IMG/VR virus record: IMGVR_UViG_3300029723_000002
Span: 1-64,000 of that record
Strand: one strand, 5' to 3'
From: a virus
Length of the DNA stretch: 64,000 nt
The notes below the pieces were generated by a model. The model was not told the origin of the DNA. It worked only from the letters and a program-made list of their open reading frames with translations, and did no database searches. The position numbers and the translations under genes are program-made. Below, piece after piece: positions 20,362 through 29,976 of this stretch; within the stretch, counting starts at the first letter, position 1; the number at the start of each line of letters is the position of its first letter.

Positions 20362-20727
20362 ATGAGATATTTAGAATTATTTCTTGGATTTTTCCTTTCT
20401 ATATTACAGCCTATATATATTTGGAGAACCAAATTGCATTATATGCAAAATAAAGAATTTTCTTCTGTCCAAATACAAGTTTCATATAGGCAGTTTAAAA
20501 AGGCATTTAAGAAAACTAAATTTAATTATAGAATACAGTATAAACAAGAACAAGGATTTTATCAAATTGTAAAAGATAGTCCAAATCCTGTTTCAGAATG
20601 TTTTGCAAATGTAATTAAATTTGATAATGTTGGTTACAATCTTACATTATTCGGATTTTATCTTTCGCAAAAATACATTAAAAAGGAGTTTTCTCGTCAA
20701 ACAAATATTCCTATAATTTCAAGATAA
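20362..20727 (+). CDS. hypothetical protein
   Basis: Track ORF. Confidence 0.4.
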   Translation: MRYLELFLGFFLSILQPIYIWRTKLHYMQNKEFSSVQIQVSYRQFKKAFKKTKFNYRIQYKQEQGFYQIVKDSPNPVSECFANVIKFDNVGYNLTLFGFYLSQKYIKKEFSRQTNIPIISR

Positions 20728-20737
20728 ACAACCTTTT

Positions 20738-20820
20738 GCTATTATAGCTTAATTGGTAGAGCAAGTGTAACATAGGGCCCTATGTTACTATGAGCGTTGG
20801 TTCGAATCCAACTAATAGTA
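20738..20820 (+). tRNA. tRNA-like element whose anticodon arm is replaced by a 22-nt perfect palindrome (gtaacataggg|ccctatgttac)
   Basis: Canonical acceptor gctatta/taatagt. Leu-like D-arm gct-taattggtag-agc. T-arm gttgg-ttcgaat-ccaac. No 5+7+5 anticodon arm can be drawn. A second orphan ggttcgaat and a 9-bp hairpin agtgctagg...cctagcact follow at 20824-20890. Confidence 0.35.
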
Positions 20821-20920
20821 AAAGGTTCGAATAGTGCTAGGTCAATAAGATTGACTTCGTTTAGAAGAAGGAGCAACACCTTCCTAGCACTCTAATCATT
20901 AACTAAAACTATTAAGTCAT

Positions 20921-21115
20921 ATGAATACGATTAAAATTTCAGATCATGTTAGTATTGTAGAAATTTCTACTCCAGATGGTTCATTGTATAAAGTAACTGT
21001 TGATGGCTTAGTAGTTTTAGCAACTCTAAGTATCTCAACTGCAAAGTATCAAGCTGATATTTGCACTAAAGTATACAAACTTGGAGAACAAAATGGATTA
21101 GAACTTACTAAATAA
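20921..21115 (+). CDS. hypothetical small protein
   Basis: Track ORF. Confidence 0.4.
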   Translation: MNTIKISDHVSIVEISTPDGSLYKVTVDGLVVLATLSISTAKYQADICTKVYKLGEQNGLELTK

Positions 21116-21122
21116 TATCATA

Positions 21123-21395
21123 ATGGAATTTCTTTTAATTATATGCTTTGTCGTATGTCTCATATTGTTTGGTATAGCAGTAAGGTGTGAAAACTCAGTT
21201 GTTACAGCTTTATCTAGTGGGATAATCAGTGTGATATTTGTAACTCTTATTTTTATTCCATCAAAAAGGATTAAACAAAATGTTGTTAAAGACTATCTTA
21301 GAGGTAATATAGAAGTACAATATCAAGATATTGTCACAGATTCTGGAAGGATTATTTCAAGAGATACAATTATAGTTTCTAAACACAAAAAATAA
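21123..21395 (+). CDS. small membrane protein
   Basis: Track ORF with a hydrophobic N-terminus. Confidence 0.4.
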   Translation: MEFLLIICFVVCLILFGIAVRCENSVVTALSSGIISVIFVTLIFIPSKRIKQNVVKDYLRGNIEVQYQDIVTDSGRIISRDTIIVSKHKK

Positions 21396-21396
21396 T

Positions 21397-21624
21397 ATGC
21401 TAAAGGTAGACATAACATATAAAGTAGAATCTGAAGCATGGAAACATATAGTGCTGAAAGCAAGTGATATTTTAGGATATAAGTCTGATTCTATTTCAAT
21501 CGGAACCTTATCTGATTTTAATACATTTGATGAGTTTTCAGCAACTCTCAGAAATACGCTACTTCGTGGATTAGGATTAGGTAATACTACGTCGTTAGTA
21601 GTTGGCAAGGTAGAATTCATATAA
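21397..21624 (+). CDS. hypothetical small protein
   Basis: Track ORF. Confidence 0.4.
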   Translation: MLKVDITYKVESEAWKHIVLKASDILGYKSDSISIGTLSDFNTFDEFSATLRNTLLRGLGLGNTTSLVVGKVEFI

Positions 21625-21747
21625 TTCTATAGAAACTGATAAGATAATAAACTGCCATTTATTGTCGAAACAGTATAGCTCTGGCAGGAGTGACGGTAAA
21701 GTATAAGTCTGCACCGTGGAGTGTAATGCTCTTTTTTACTTAACAAG

Positions 21748-21819
21748 ATTAGTATCGTATAATGGTTATTATACTGCGCCACCCAGCGGGAGATGTGAGT
21801 TCGAGCCTCACTGCTAATC
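21748..21819 (+). tRNA. tRNA-like gene, anticodon arm not resolvable (best fit is a 6-nt loop, caccca)
   Basis: Acceptor attagta/tgctaat. D-arm gtat-aatggttatt-atac. T-arm gtgag-ttcgagc-ctcac. The region gcgccacccagcggg does not fold into a canonical anticodon stem. Confidence 0.3.
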
Positions 21820-21835
21820 CAAATACTTTAATATT

Positions 21836-22114
21836 ATGGAAGAGATTAAAGAGAGATTTTTTAATAATGATGGAATATTGATATTCCTTTTTTGTTTTTG
21901 TGCATTAGCTGTAATGTTTATAATTGCTTTTGGATTTTATAATTCGTTAGATAACAAAGTATCTAATGATATTAACAATCTCCAAATTCAACTAAAACAA
22001 ACTATCCATCAAGTCGATTCTTTAAATACAGTAATTAAAAAAGTACTAATTAATAAGAAAGATACAATTCTTATTCAAGTACATCCACAAAAAATTGAAA
22101 TTTATTCAAAATGA
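21836..22114 (+). CDS. membrane-anchored protein
   Basis: Track ORF with a TM segment. Confidence 0.4.
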   Translation: MEEIKERFFNNDGILIFLFCFCALAVMFIIAFGFYNSLDNKVSNDINNLQIQLKQTIHQVDSLNTVIKKVLINKKDTILIQVHPQKIEIYSK

Positions 22115-22320
22115 TCTTAATTATCTATTTAGTTATAGTTATAATATCCTATTATGGAACAAGATATATAACTAAGAGTATATATAAATCTTGGGATTGG
22201 AGTGATATTATCCGCATACTAGCATTAAGTTTTATTGTTCCCATAATAAGTACTATAATCTGGCTTATTGTAAATTTTGAGGATTTAAACATAAAAATGA
22301 AGCCACCTAAATGGCTATAA
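22111..22320 (+). CDS. small membrane protein
   Basis: Track ORF with two TM segments. Confidence 0.4.
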   Translation: MILIIYLVIVIISYYGTRYITKSIYKSWDWSDIIRILALSFIVPIISTIIWLIVNFEDLNIKMKPPKWL

Positions 22321-22478
22321 AATTTAAATATATGTGGATATTTTTAGGTGTATTAGGAGGATTAATTTTAATCACAGTTACTCTATGGATAACTGTTTAT
22401 CTTACAGGTAAGTGGGCACAAGATCTAGCAGAAATATTAAGAAACTTTCCAAATTTTCATAAATTTTAAAATAAACTG

Positions 22479-23291
22479 ATGAAAAAGATTTTATTGTTGA
22501 TGGCTATTGCTATCATTGGATTTACAAGTTGTACAACCATTGACTCTGGTAGTGTTGGAGTTAAGTTTTATAAATGGTCTTCTGATGAAACTGAAAAGGG
22601 CGGTGTAAAAGGAACCTGTAAAGGTTTTGTATTTTATAATCCCTTCTCCCAAGATATCTACGAATATCCTACATTTGTACAACGCCGCAGTTATGAACCC
22701 TTTCAAGTAAATGCTAAAGATGCTGCTATTTTTGAAATGACTCCTACTCTTGCTTATCGGTTGAACCCTGATATGATTGAGCAAATTTTTGTAAAGTACC
22801 GTAAGCCTATTAATGAAATTGAAGAAGGATATATTCGCACTTGTATTTACGAAGCCTATAGAACTTGCGGGAATACTTATACTTCTGATTATTTAATGTC
22901 AAACCGTGGAGAGTTTGAATCTGAAGTTCGCAAACGTCTTGAAAAATCATTGATGGAAGAGGGTTTTATTGTTGAAGAGTTTACTACTCAAATTGTTCCT
23001 CCTAAATCTCTGGTACAGGCTATTGATCAGAAAAACGCTGCTATACAAAATGCGTTACGTGCTGAAAATCAGGTAAAAGAAGCAGAAGCAAATGCTAAAA
23101 TTGTAGTAGCAAAAGCAGAAGGCGAAGCTAAAGCGTTGAAGATTAAGGGCGATGGTGAAGCTTATTATAATAGGGTTGTTTCTGCTTCACTTAATGATCT
23201 TCTTGTAAGACAAAATGCTGTTGAAAAATGGAATGGTGCTCTCCCTGTGTATTCTGGAGGTGGAGCTGTACCTATGATTAAAGTCGAGTAA
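22479..23291 (+). CDS. SPFH/band-7 (stomatin/HflC-like) lipoprotein
   Basis: Lipoprotein signal MKKILLLMAIAIIGFTSC. The coiled-coil NAAIQNALRAENQVKEAEANAKIVVAKAEGEAKALKIKGDGEAYYNRV is typical of the C-terminal part of SPFH proteins. Confidence 0.5.
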   Translation: MKKILLLMAIAIIGFTSCTTIDSGSVGVKFYKWSSDETEKGGVKGTCKGFVFYNPFSQDIYEYPTFVQRRSYEPFQVNAKDAAIFEMTPTLAYRLNPDMIEQIFVKYRKPINEIEEGYIRTCIYEAYRTCGNTYTSDYLMSNRGEFESEVRKRLEKSLMEEGFIVEEFTTQIVPPKSLVQAIDQKNAAIQNALRAENQVKEAEANAKIVVAKAEGEAKALKIKGDGEAYYNRVVSASLNDLLVRQNAVEKWNGALPVYSGGGAVPMIKVE

Positions 23292-23292
23292 T

Positions 23293-23547
23293 ATGTGTGT
23301 ATTTTTTGTTTATATATTACCAATCGTCTTAACAATTATTCTATTTATTCTATATCAAATAATTATTAAGAATAAAGAAGATATCCCTAGAATTCTTCGT
23401 TGGATTTTCTTCTTAATGACTCTAATACCTATACTAGGATTATTATTATGTATAGCCTACTGGTTTATATTTATATATATGGTCCTAGATGATGCACTAG
23501 AACTTAAAGAAGATTCAAAGTTAGCAAATTACTTATTTAAATCATAA
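23293..23547 (+). CDS. small membrane protein
   Basis: Track ORF. Confidence 0.4.
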   Translation: MCVFFVYILPIVLTIILFILYQIIIKNKEDIPRILRWIFFLMTLIPILGLLLCIAYWFIFIYMVLDDALELKEDSKLANYLFKS

Positions 23548-23549
23548 AT

Positions 23550-23708
23550 ATGGCAAAAGTAAGATTTGGAGCAATTAAAATGCCTTTTCGAGAACAAACT
23601 TATGACGAAGAAGGAAATCCTAAAAAGGATAAAAATGGAAATCCTGTAATTGCAGTAGTCCACAGAAACGTTCGTCATAATAAAGCATATTTTCCTAATA
23701 AGAAATAA
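23550..23708 (+). CDS. small protein (52 aa)
   Basis: MAKVRFGAIKMPFREQTYDEEGNPKKDKNGNPVIAVVHRNVRHNKAYFPNKK*. Below the track cutoff. Confidence 0.3.
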   Translation: MAKVRFGAIKMPFREQTYDEEGNPKKDKNGNPVIAVVHRNVRHNKAYFPNKK

Positions 23709-23904
23709 ATCATATAGCAGAGAAGCCTAACTGCTTTATCAAAGGTGTAGTCTCTATAGTAGAAGTCTATAGTTTAAGGCCCATAAGAAAACTATGAAGC
23801 CAACAAAAGACGATAAACGTTTTTAATCTTTCCTATAGATTCTTGGTTGAATTTATAGGAGCAAAAGGCCCAAGCAATCCTCGTCATTGTTTGCTGCCTC
23901 GTAA

Positions 23905-23940
23905 GTTGTGTAGATTATTTTCTACACAACTTTTTATTTT
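23905..23940 (+). terminator. rho-independent terminator
   Basis: gttgtgtaga-ttatttt-ctacacaac, then tttttatttt. Confidence 0.6.
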
Positions 23941-23952
23941 AAACTACTGAAT

Positions 23953-24405
23953 ATGAAAGAAAAATTAGTTTCTATAGAGCTCGCTAAATTAGCATTGAGA
24001 AAAGGATTTGATTATCCTACACATGATTATATTTGGACAGATCGTGATTATATACAACGTATGTGTGATTCAAATAAACCTTCTGAATTACACAGACAAA
24101 TGCTCTTTACAGAAGATATTAATAAAAAGAAACGAGTTTTATATACTATTTCTATTCCAACTCAAAGTCTTTTGCAAAAATGGTTAAGAGAAATACATAA
24201 AATACATATTGTAGTCTTACAAACTAATTTACCTTTAACTGAACCCGAAACAAAAGAATGGGAGTGGGGATACGATATTCATATCATTAATAATCCGAAT
24301 CATAGTATTAAAACTAAAATAGGACCATTCCTAACCTATGAAGACGCATTAGAATCCGCCTTAATAGAGGCATTAAACTTACTTGGAGATGACAAAACTG
24401 TATAA
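23953..24405 (+). CDS. hypothetical protein
   Basis: Track ORF. Confidence 0.45.
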   Translation: MKEKLVSIELAKLALRKGFDYPTHDYIWTDRDYIQRMCDSNKPSELHRQMLFTEDINKKKRVLYTISIPTQSLLQKWLREIHKIHIVVLQTNLPLTEPETKEWEWGYDIHIINNPNHSIKTKIGPFLTYEDALESALIEALNLLGDDKTV

Positions 24406-25333
24406 CAAGTTCAAGTACAGAATAAAAAAGTATTTGAATATACCAAAAAGTATTTATCTTTGTATAAGGTTTCCATTCTTGTACCCTAGAAACAGATTCT
24501 CAGGAAAGCATGAAGTTTATATTCCTTGGATTTATAAGTTACGTGATATATTTCATGATAAAGCTACGGATAAATTTTCACTTGTGTACAAATTTCATAA
24601 AGATCCTGAAGAATTTAATGATGGCATTTTTAGTTTTAAGATAGAAGATTCCTATACTATTAACTTACTAGATAATAAGATCTTACAAATTGTAAGTGCC
24701 AAAACTTCTACGGAATTTAATCTACAGGATCATATTGGTAAAGATTTTAAAATCTTAGGTATTGAGTCTTGTCAGTCTCTTTTTGGTAAGCATGTTATTT
24801 ATTATCATGTAAGTAAAAATGAAATTACATCTATTAACTATGGCTTTCAATGGAAAATGTTACAAATAGTAAAGAACACGTTTTATCTTAAACTTGTTGC
24901 TATTATTGATTGGATAAATCAATACATAATTAATCCAATATGTTTTATTCCAACATATACTGAGCTTGATGCTATGCCTAAAGGTTGGAGGAAGTGTTTT
25001 GGCATTTCTATGTGTAAGGAGATAAAAGCTTCTTTAAAAAGATCTAATTATCTGTATAAGTACAGAATTGTGCAGATTAAAGAGAAGTACGGATCATTGC
25101 GTTGGTATGACGCAGGCTCTCCAGAAGAAGTAAAGAAAATAATACAAAAGTATGAGTATATAAGTGAAAGGACTTGTATAATATGTGGTCGTCCTGCAAC
25201 AAAAATATCACAAGGATGGATATCTCCTTATTGTGATGATTGTTACAAAAAGTATTATAAAGATCAGCCTTATAGTGTCTTTAAAACCTGGTATGGTTGG
25301 ACATCATCGGCAATCTATAACGAAATATCTTAA
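24383..25333 (+). CDS. hypothetical protein with C-terminal Cys4 cluster
   Basis: Track ORF. CIICGRP...CDDCYKK. Confidence 0.45.
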   Translation: MEMTKLYNKFKYRIKKYLNIPKSIYLCIRFPFLYPRNRFSGKHEVYIPWIYKLRDIFHDKATDKFSLVYKFHKDPEEFNDGIFSFKIEDSYTINLLDNKILQIVSAKTSTEFNLQDHIGKDFKILGIESCQSLFGKHVIYYHVSKNEITSINYGFQWKMLQIVKNTFYLKLVAIIDWINQYIINPICFIPTYTELDAMPKGWRKCFGISMCKEIKASLKRSNYLYKYRIVQIKEKYGSLRWYDAGSPEEVKKIIQKYEYISERTCIICGRPATKISQGWISPYCDDCYKKYYKDQPYSVFKTWYGWTSSAIYNEIS

Positions 25334-25825
25334 ATGAATCAAATAGAATTTCAAATCCCAGAAGGATATGTATTAGACAAAGAGGCTAGTACAGATTCTA
25401 AATTAGTGTATAAAAAACAAAGCAGTTTCCCTAAAACATGGGAAGAATTTTGTGAAGCTGTTAAAAGTCCTGACTATTACTATATAGATGAAAATAGTAA
25501 AATCTGTAAAAAGAAGCTTAACGGTAGTATGGACTTTCAAAAGGATAGAAATAAAGTTTTTACAAAAGCAAGGGCAGAATCACTTTTAGCATTAACTCAA
25601 CTTCTTAATTTGAGAGATGAATACTCAAGGCATGATTGTGCAGATGATTATAAACCTTATTATTATAGTATTGTCTACTGTGAAAATATAAGTAATTTGA
25701 AGATTTTAAAAACTGGACATCAAACTTTATTTAGTTTTTTTAGAGAGGACTTAGCACAAAAGTTTCTAGAAAACTGTAGAACATTACTTCATCGTGTTTT
25801 AGGAATGATTCCTTATTATGATTAA
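25334..25825 (+). CDS. hypothetical protein
   Basis: Track ORF. Confidence 0.45.
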   Translation: MNQIEFQIPEGYVLDKEASTDSKLVYKKQSSFPKTWEEFCEAVKSPDYYYIDENSKICKKKLNGSMDFQKDRNKVFTKARAESLLALTQLLNLRDEYSRHDCADDYKPYYYSIVYCENISNLKILKTGHQTLFSFFREDLAQKFLENCRTLLHRVLGMIPYYD

Positions 25826-25854
25826 CAGTACCAACACTGTTAATATACTGCCTT

Positions 25855-25935
25855 ATCGCCCCTGTCTTATACACAGTCATTAAAAGCGTAGTTGGTGTAC
25901 GCAGGTTCGAGTCCTGCAGGCAGTACTTTTTAAGA
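25855..25935 (+). tRNA. tRNA-like element with an intact acceptor/T-arm but an irregular 5' half
   Basis: Acceptor actgcct/aggcagt. T-arm gcagg-ttcgagt-cctgc. The internal 45 nt do not give a canonical D-arm. A 4-bp stem ctgt/acag with loop cttatac (UAU) is possible. Confidence 0.3.
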
Positions 25936-26068
25936 AGGAAGCAGACTAGCGAACAAAGGATTGTAGTAGTAATTGCAGACCTGAATCCTTGAGTAGGCTC
26001 AATCAGCCGAACAGCCACAGTTGTAATGACTAAGGAGCGCAGTTAGGCAATTTTTAATAAAGTATTAT

Positions 26069-26263
26069 ATGTTATTTAAAGAAATATCAAAAGGAGTCGG
26101 AACAAAATGCATACCTGCTTCTGACGAAGAAGTAGAAGAGGCTAAGAAAATATATAAGGAAACTAAAAAGTGTGACCATAAATTTATCTATGATGAAGCT
26201 GGATATTCTGATTATGACTTCAGATATTGTGGTATTTGTGGAAAACTTATAGGGCTTATTTAA
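26069..26263 (+). CDS. small Cys-containing protein
   Basis: Track ORF. Confidence 0.4.
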   Translation: MLFKEISKGVGTKCIPASDEEVEEAKKIYKETKKCDHKFIYDEAGYSDYDFRYCGICGKLIGLI

Positions 26264-26271
26264 GCTTACAG

Positions 26272-26347
26272 AGAGTAGTAGAGGAGTCAGGTTTATCTCG
26301 CTGCATTTGGGATGCAGAGCACGCTGGTTCGAATCCAGTCTACTCTA
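26272..26347 (+). tRNA. tRNA-Pro(UGG)
   Basis: Acceptor agagtag/ctactct. D-stem gagg/tctc. Anticodon stem ctgca/tgcag with loop tttggga. T-arm gctgg-ttcgaat-ccagt. Confidence 0.65.
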
Positions 26348-26372
26348 CACAATAGTTTTGAAATCTTAAAGT

Positions 26373-26705
26373 ATGACAGAAATTTGGATTTATAGCTACA
26401 TTTCTAATAATGCTAATATTATTAGAATAATGAGTAAACTAAGGGATTACAATCGTGAGGGCATTACAATAAATAATGTAAATTATTCAAATTCTAGATA
26501 TTTAGTTATTAAAATTGGTACTAACACTAATAAATTAATTACAATAACAGGATGGGAAATTAATCCTGAGATAGTATCTAAATTTCATGAAGTAAGAGCT
26601 AGAATCGAGATTACCCCCAAGAAAATGTATGAACTATTAGTAGGTATTTATGGTATTCTAATTAGCATAGAAAGACAGTTTATACCAATTTATAAACCTA
26701 ATTAA
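26373..26705 (+). CDS. hypothetical protein
   Basis: Track ORF. Confidence 0.4.
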   Translation: MTEIWIYSYISNNANIIRIMSKLRDYNREGITINNVNYSNSRYLVIKIGTNTNKLITITGWEINPEIVSKFHEVRARIEITPKKMYELLVGIYGILISIERQFIPIYKPN

Positions 26706-26713
26706 ATGATAAT

Positions 26714-26896
26714 ATGAAAGCATTACTAGTGTTTAATATAATAATAAGCATGATTGGAATTATCATTGTTAGTTATTTCAAAACATTTCACTATTATTCA
26801 GAAAACAATATTGACTCTATTAAACCTAATATAGAGATAGTTGATTCAGTTAAAACAGTTACTGACTCTATCAATCTTAATCATGTCGAGCATTAA
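26714..26896 (+). CDS. small membrane protein
   Basis: Track ORF. Confidence 0.35.
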   Translation: MKALLVFNIIISMIGIIIVSYFKTFHYYSENNIDSIKPNIEIVDSVKTVTDSINLNHVEH

Positions 26897-27475
26897 TAAA
26901 AAGAATAAAGCTAAAAACTCATATGTGTTCAGAAATAAATCTTTAGTTGAAAAGAAATTTAAAATTAAAAGATTATATTTCTTTAATTCTTGTATGAGAA
27001 GACTTTTAAAAGAACAATTAAGAAATGAACAAAGATTTATATAACTGGCTTGAAAAAGAGTGGAGATTTAATAATCATGTGAAGTATCAAAAATACTTTA
27101 AAGAATGGATATCAAATCTTACACCTGATCAAATTACTGGATTCACTAAACAATATGAACAAGGATTAAATGAAAGTATGGTCCAACATTAAAAGGCTTT
27201 TTACTAAATTGCATAAAAAGTCTACATTTACCAAAATTTCTTCGAAAGAATTAGAAAAACGAAGAATAAAAGTTTATAAAAGATTAATTAACTAAAATGG
27301 AAGTAATTAAACTTATTTATGCAATCTGTGTCTTTTTAGTTGGGCTTGGATTAGCGATTTCTAACATAGTTCTACATTACAAAGAAGAACAAGAATATAG
27401 TGGTTGTGTTATATTTGGATCAACTATTATTATTGTTTTCTTTTGTTTAGCCTGTGAAAAAATTCTCTTTGGATA

Positions 27476-27760
27476 ATGAAAGAATGGGAACAAAAAAATT
27501 TAGTAAGACAAATACTATATAACCTTCAAAAGACATTTGATCGTTATTGTAATAGTATTGACTTATATTGTCCATTAGCAACTACTCAACTCAATAATAC
27601 ATATAACTGGGCATTAAGCGTTATGGATCAGTTAGAAACTTCGTTTCCACTTAGTTGTGTTAGTAAAGTAGGATTTTTAGAAGTTAGAGTTTATATTGAG
27701 AATACTCACTATCGATTAATAAATACGATATTAAATAATAGTAGTAATGGAAGTAAATAA
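27476..27760 (+). CDS. hypothetical protein
   Basis: Track ORF. Confidence 0.4.
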   Translation: MKEWEQKNLVRQILYNLQKTFDRYCNSIDLYCPLATTQLNNTYNWALSVMDQLETSFPLSCVSKVGFLEVRVYIENTHYRLINTILNNSSNGSK

Positions 27761-28340
27761 TTTTCTACTTCTTAAAAAGCTTTTGAAATTTGAGAATAGA
27801 GATGATTTCTATTTTTTACAAATCCTTCAAAGGTCTAAAGATAATCCTGACTTAGGCGCCAATAATAGATTAATAAAGGCATACTCTGTTGGCAGTATTG
27901 AATATCTAAATAAAAAGGAGAAAGAAATCAAACTTCTTTGTAAGACCTTTAATGCAAGAGCTTATATCCATCTTACAAAACGTAGCTATAAAGACGTAGC
28001 ATTAGAGATGTTACAGAACTTAGTACAACGTATTCGTTGCGATCAAATGGAAGAAGTCTATAGATGTTTTACAACAGCATGTGGAATTTCCTACCAAAAG
28101 GAAGATAAATCTTGGATTGTAGATATAGATGGTAACGTAGATCATCGTACAATCAACACAATTTTGAGATTTATTGAAGCTGAATGTGAACCTATTGGTT
28201 CAAAATTTATTGCTTTAGTTCCAACAGTTAATGGTCATCATCTTATTACTACTCCATTTAACTTACAAAAATTTTCAGAACAGTATCCTGAAATAGATGT
28301 TCATAAAAATAATCCAACTCTTTTATATTATAAAAACTAA
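27747..28340 (+). CDS. hypothetical protein
   Basis: Track ORF. Confidence 0.45.
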   Translation: MEVNNFLLLKKLLKFENRDDFYFLQILQRSKDNPDLGANNRLIKAYSVGSIEYLNKKEKEIKLLCKTFNARAYIHLTKRSYKDVALEMLQNLVQRIRCDQMEEVYRCFTTACGISYQKEDKSWIVDIDGNVDHRTINTILRFIEAECEPIGSKFIALVPTVNGHHLITTPFNLQKFSEQYPEIDVHKNNPTLLYYKN

Positions 28341-28564
28341 TGTGCGAGGAACTTGATAAACTTCTTAAAAATTTTGTAACTAAACCACACATTACAGGTG
28401 AAGTTAAAAGTTTAAATAATAGGTTAGTATACAGATACATTTGGTATTTTACGCCTATTGGAGACCATAGTACTAAAACAGCTGAATGTAGAGAAGAAGG
28501 ATTTAAAACTCTTTCAGAATGTCTCCAGAATCTTGAACAATTTGTGTCAACTGGTAAAAAATAA
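28340..28564 (+). CDS. hypothetical protein
   Basis: Track ORF. Confidence 0.4.
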   Translation: MCEELDKLLKNFVTKPHITGEVKSLNNRLVYRYIWYFTPIGDHSTKTAECREEGFKTLSECLQNLEQFVSTGKK

Positions 28565-28855
28565 GATATGGTGTTGCCTGGTTGGCCTTACATAACCAGA
28601 GGTAGACCTTTCCAGAAAGGCCGTCTTTCTTAGTTTATTCGTTAATATAACTAAGCTCCAGACCATAGCTAGAATGTCTGAAAAAACTTATAAAGTTTTG
28701 TCCTCACCGTTAGACGTTAAATAACGGTATTTGTTTGATCTGTAAGAATAATTAGATGAATTAATGGTCAGTCTTTAAGGAATCTAAGAAGAATAACAGG
28801 GATGTTGTTCTCAAACACGTTGTTAAGGAGTTTCAACGTTAAATAGACTCCCATC

Positions 28856-29261
28856 GGGGGATACAGGTATTGACTAGTATATCGAAAGTTATTAATCAAG
28901 CTGAGTTTGAATAATACTCATTAAACAGATTCAAAAAATAAACGCAAACAAAACTATTTCGAGAGCTATTAACAAGGTTAAGAACTCTCTCGCTCCTATG
29001 ATGACTCTGACTCGTTCTGAAGTTGCATATGCAGCGTAGGCTTGTATCGCCTTATAATAGATACAAACTGGGTTTCTTTGTTTAGACATAAAAACAAAGT
29101 GGTGGAAGTTGACCTAACTGGTCAGCCCTACTGTTCCATTGACGTTGGGAACTAAAAACTAATGCTATCGAGGTGTGGACAACCAGAAATGTATCCTAAG
29201 CTTGTAAGTATGTTAATAATAATAGAATACTAACACATGAGTTCGAATCTCATATCCTCCA
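28856..29261 (+). ncRNA. ssrA: candidate tmRNA (SsrA-like), about 406 nt
   Basis: The 5' gggggat pairs with the 3' atcctcc to give an acceptor stem with G3:U70 (Ala identity) and discriminator A. T-arm atgag-ttcgaat-ctcat. An internal reading frame starts at GCA (28944), 88 nt from the 5' end, and ends ...SEVAYAA-TAG at 29037-29039. The element sits in a 718-nt ORF-free, GC-richer intergenic region. Confidence 0.5.
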
Positions 29262-29282
29262 CTAAATCAATAAGTTACATAT

Positions 29283-29573
29283 ATGGAAGAAGCTAAGTAT
29301 AAAGTTGGAGATAAAGTTATAGTTAAAACCGAATATGATATTGATCTTAATACGGGAAAACGCTATGATGGTAATGATTATTTATATGCTTTTCCAGAGC
29401 ATATGTTAGAAATTAGTGCAAATATTATTTGGAACATTAAAACTGTTTTTCCTCCAAATCCTGAGAGAAAGGAGATGTATCCAAGTAAAAAGATATATGG
29501 AGATTGTGCAAAATACATTCTCCAAAGATCGGATTATTCATATCATTCAGGAATGTTTGAAAATGGGAGATAA
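29283..29573 (+). CDS. hypothetical protein
   Basis: Track ORF. Confidence 0.4.
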   Translation: MEEAKYKVGDKVIVKTEYDIDLNTGKRYDGNDYLYAFPEHMLEISANIIWNIKTVFPPNPERKEMYPSKKIYGDCAKYILQRSDYSYHSGMFENGR

Positions 29574-29910
29574 ATGTTGTAAGTATATAAGGAAATGTAC
29601 TGAACCTGATGATCACATGTGTGATATATTTTATTTAAATCCTAATAAACTTCAAATAGGGACGATTATTAAAGATATCAAACATGGTCAAGTTACTCAA
29701 GTAACAGGATATGGGTGTGTTAGTGGTAATGATTTTTTATATTATGCTGCATATCTACAGTGTGGTCATGACGGAGTTGGGAACTTATATAATGCTGATG
29801 GTATTGCACTAGAAGATCTTAATTTTCATACATTTTTTTATGCTGATAATGAAATAGAATCTTGTTTAAATTTAATAGAAATTGGATATGGCGCAGAAAT
29901 CTCACGATAA
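29563..29910 (+). CDS. Cys-rich hypothetical protein
   Basis: Track ORF 29416..29910, trimmed to the ATG at 29563 (MGDKCCKYIRKC...). Confidence 0.35.
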   Translation: MGDKCCKYIRKCTEPDDHMCDIFYLNPNKLQIGTIIKDIKHGQVTQVTGYGCVSGNDFLYYAAYLQCGHDGVGNLYNADGIALEDLNFHTFFYADNEIESCLNLIEIGYGAEISR

Positions 29911-29976
29911 GACTGTAGAGGAGAAACGAGCTGAATACGAAAGTAATAGACCTATTTTTATTAACTGGACAAACTA

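Noticed and set aside
22491-22784. Minus-strand track ORF inside the SPFH lipoprotein gene
   Set aside because: It is antisense to a gene with a clear lipoprotein signal and SPFH coiled-coil. It is a shadow ORF.
28565-28855. A possible tRNA or second ncRNA in the 5' part of the long intergenic region before the tmRNA candidate
   Set aside because: No T-loop or acceptor pairing could be drawn. Only local hairpins were seen (ggcctt...aaggcc).
29416-29562. 5' part of track ORF 29416..29910 overlapping 29283..29573
   Set aside because: It overlaps the preceding gene in another frame. A conventional ATG at 29563 gives a compact Cys-rich protein with a short overlap. The long upstream extension is probably spurious.
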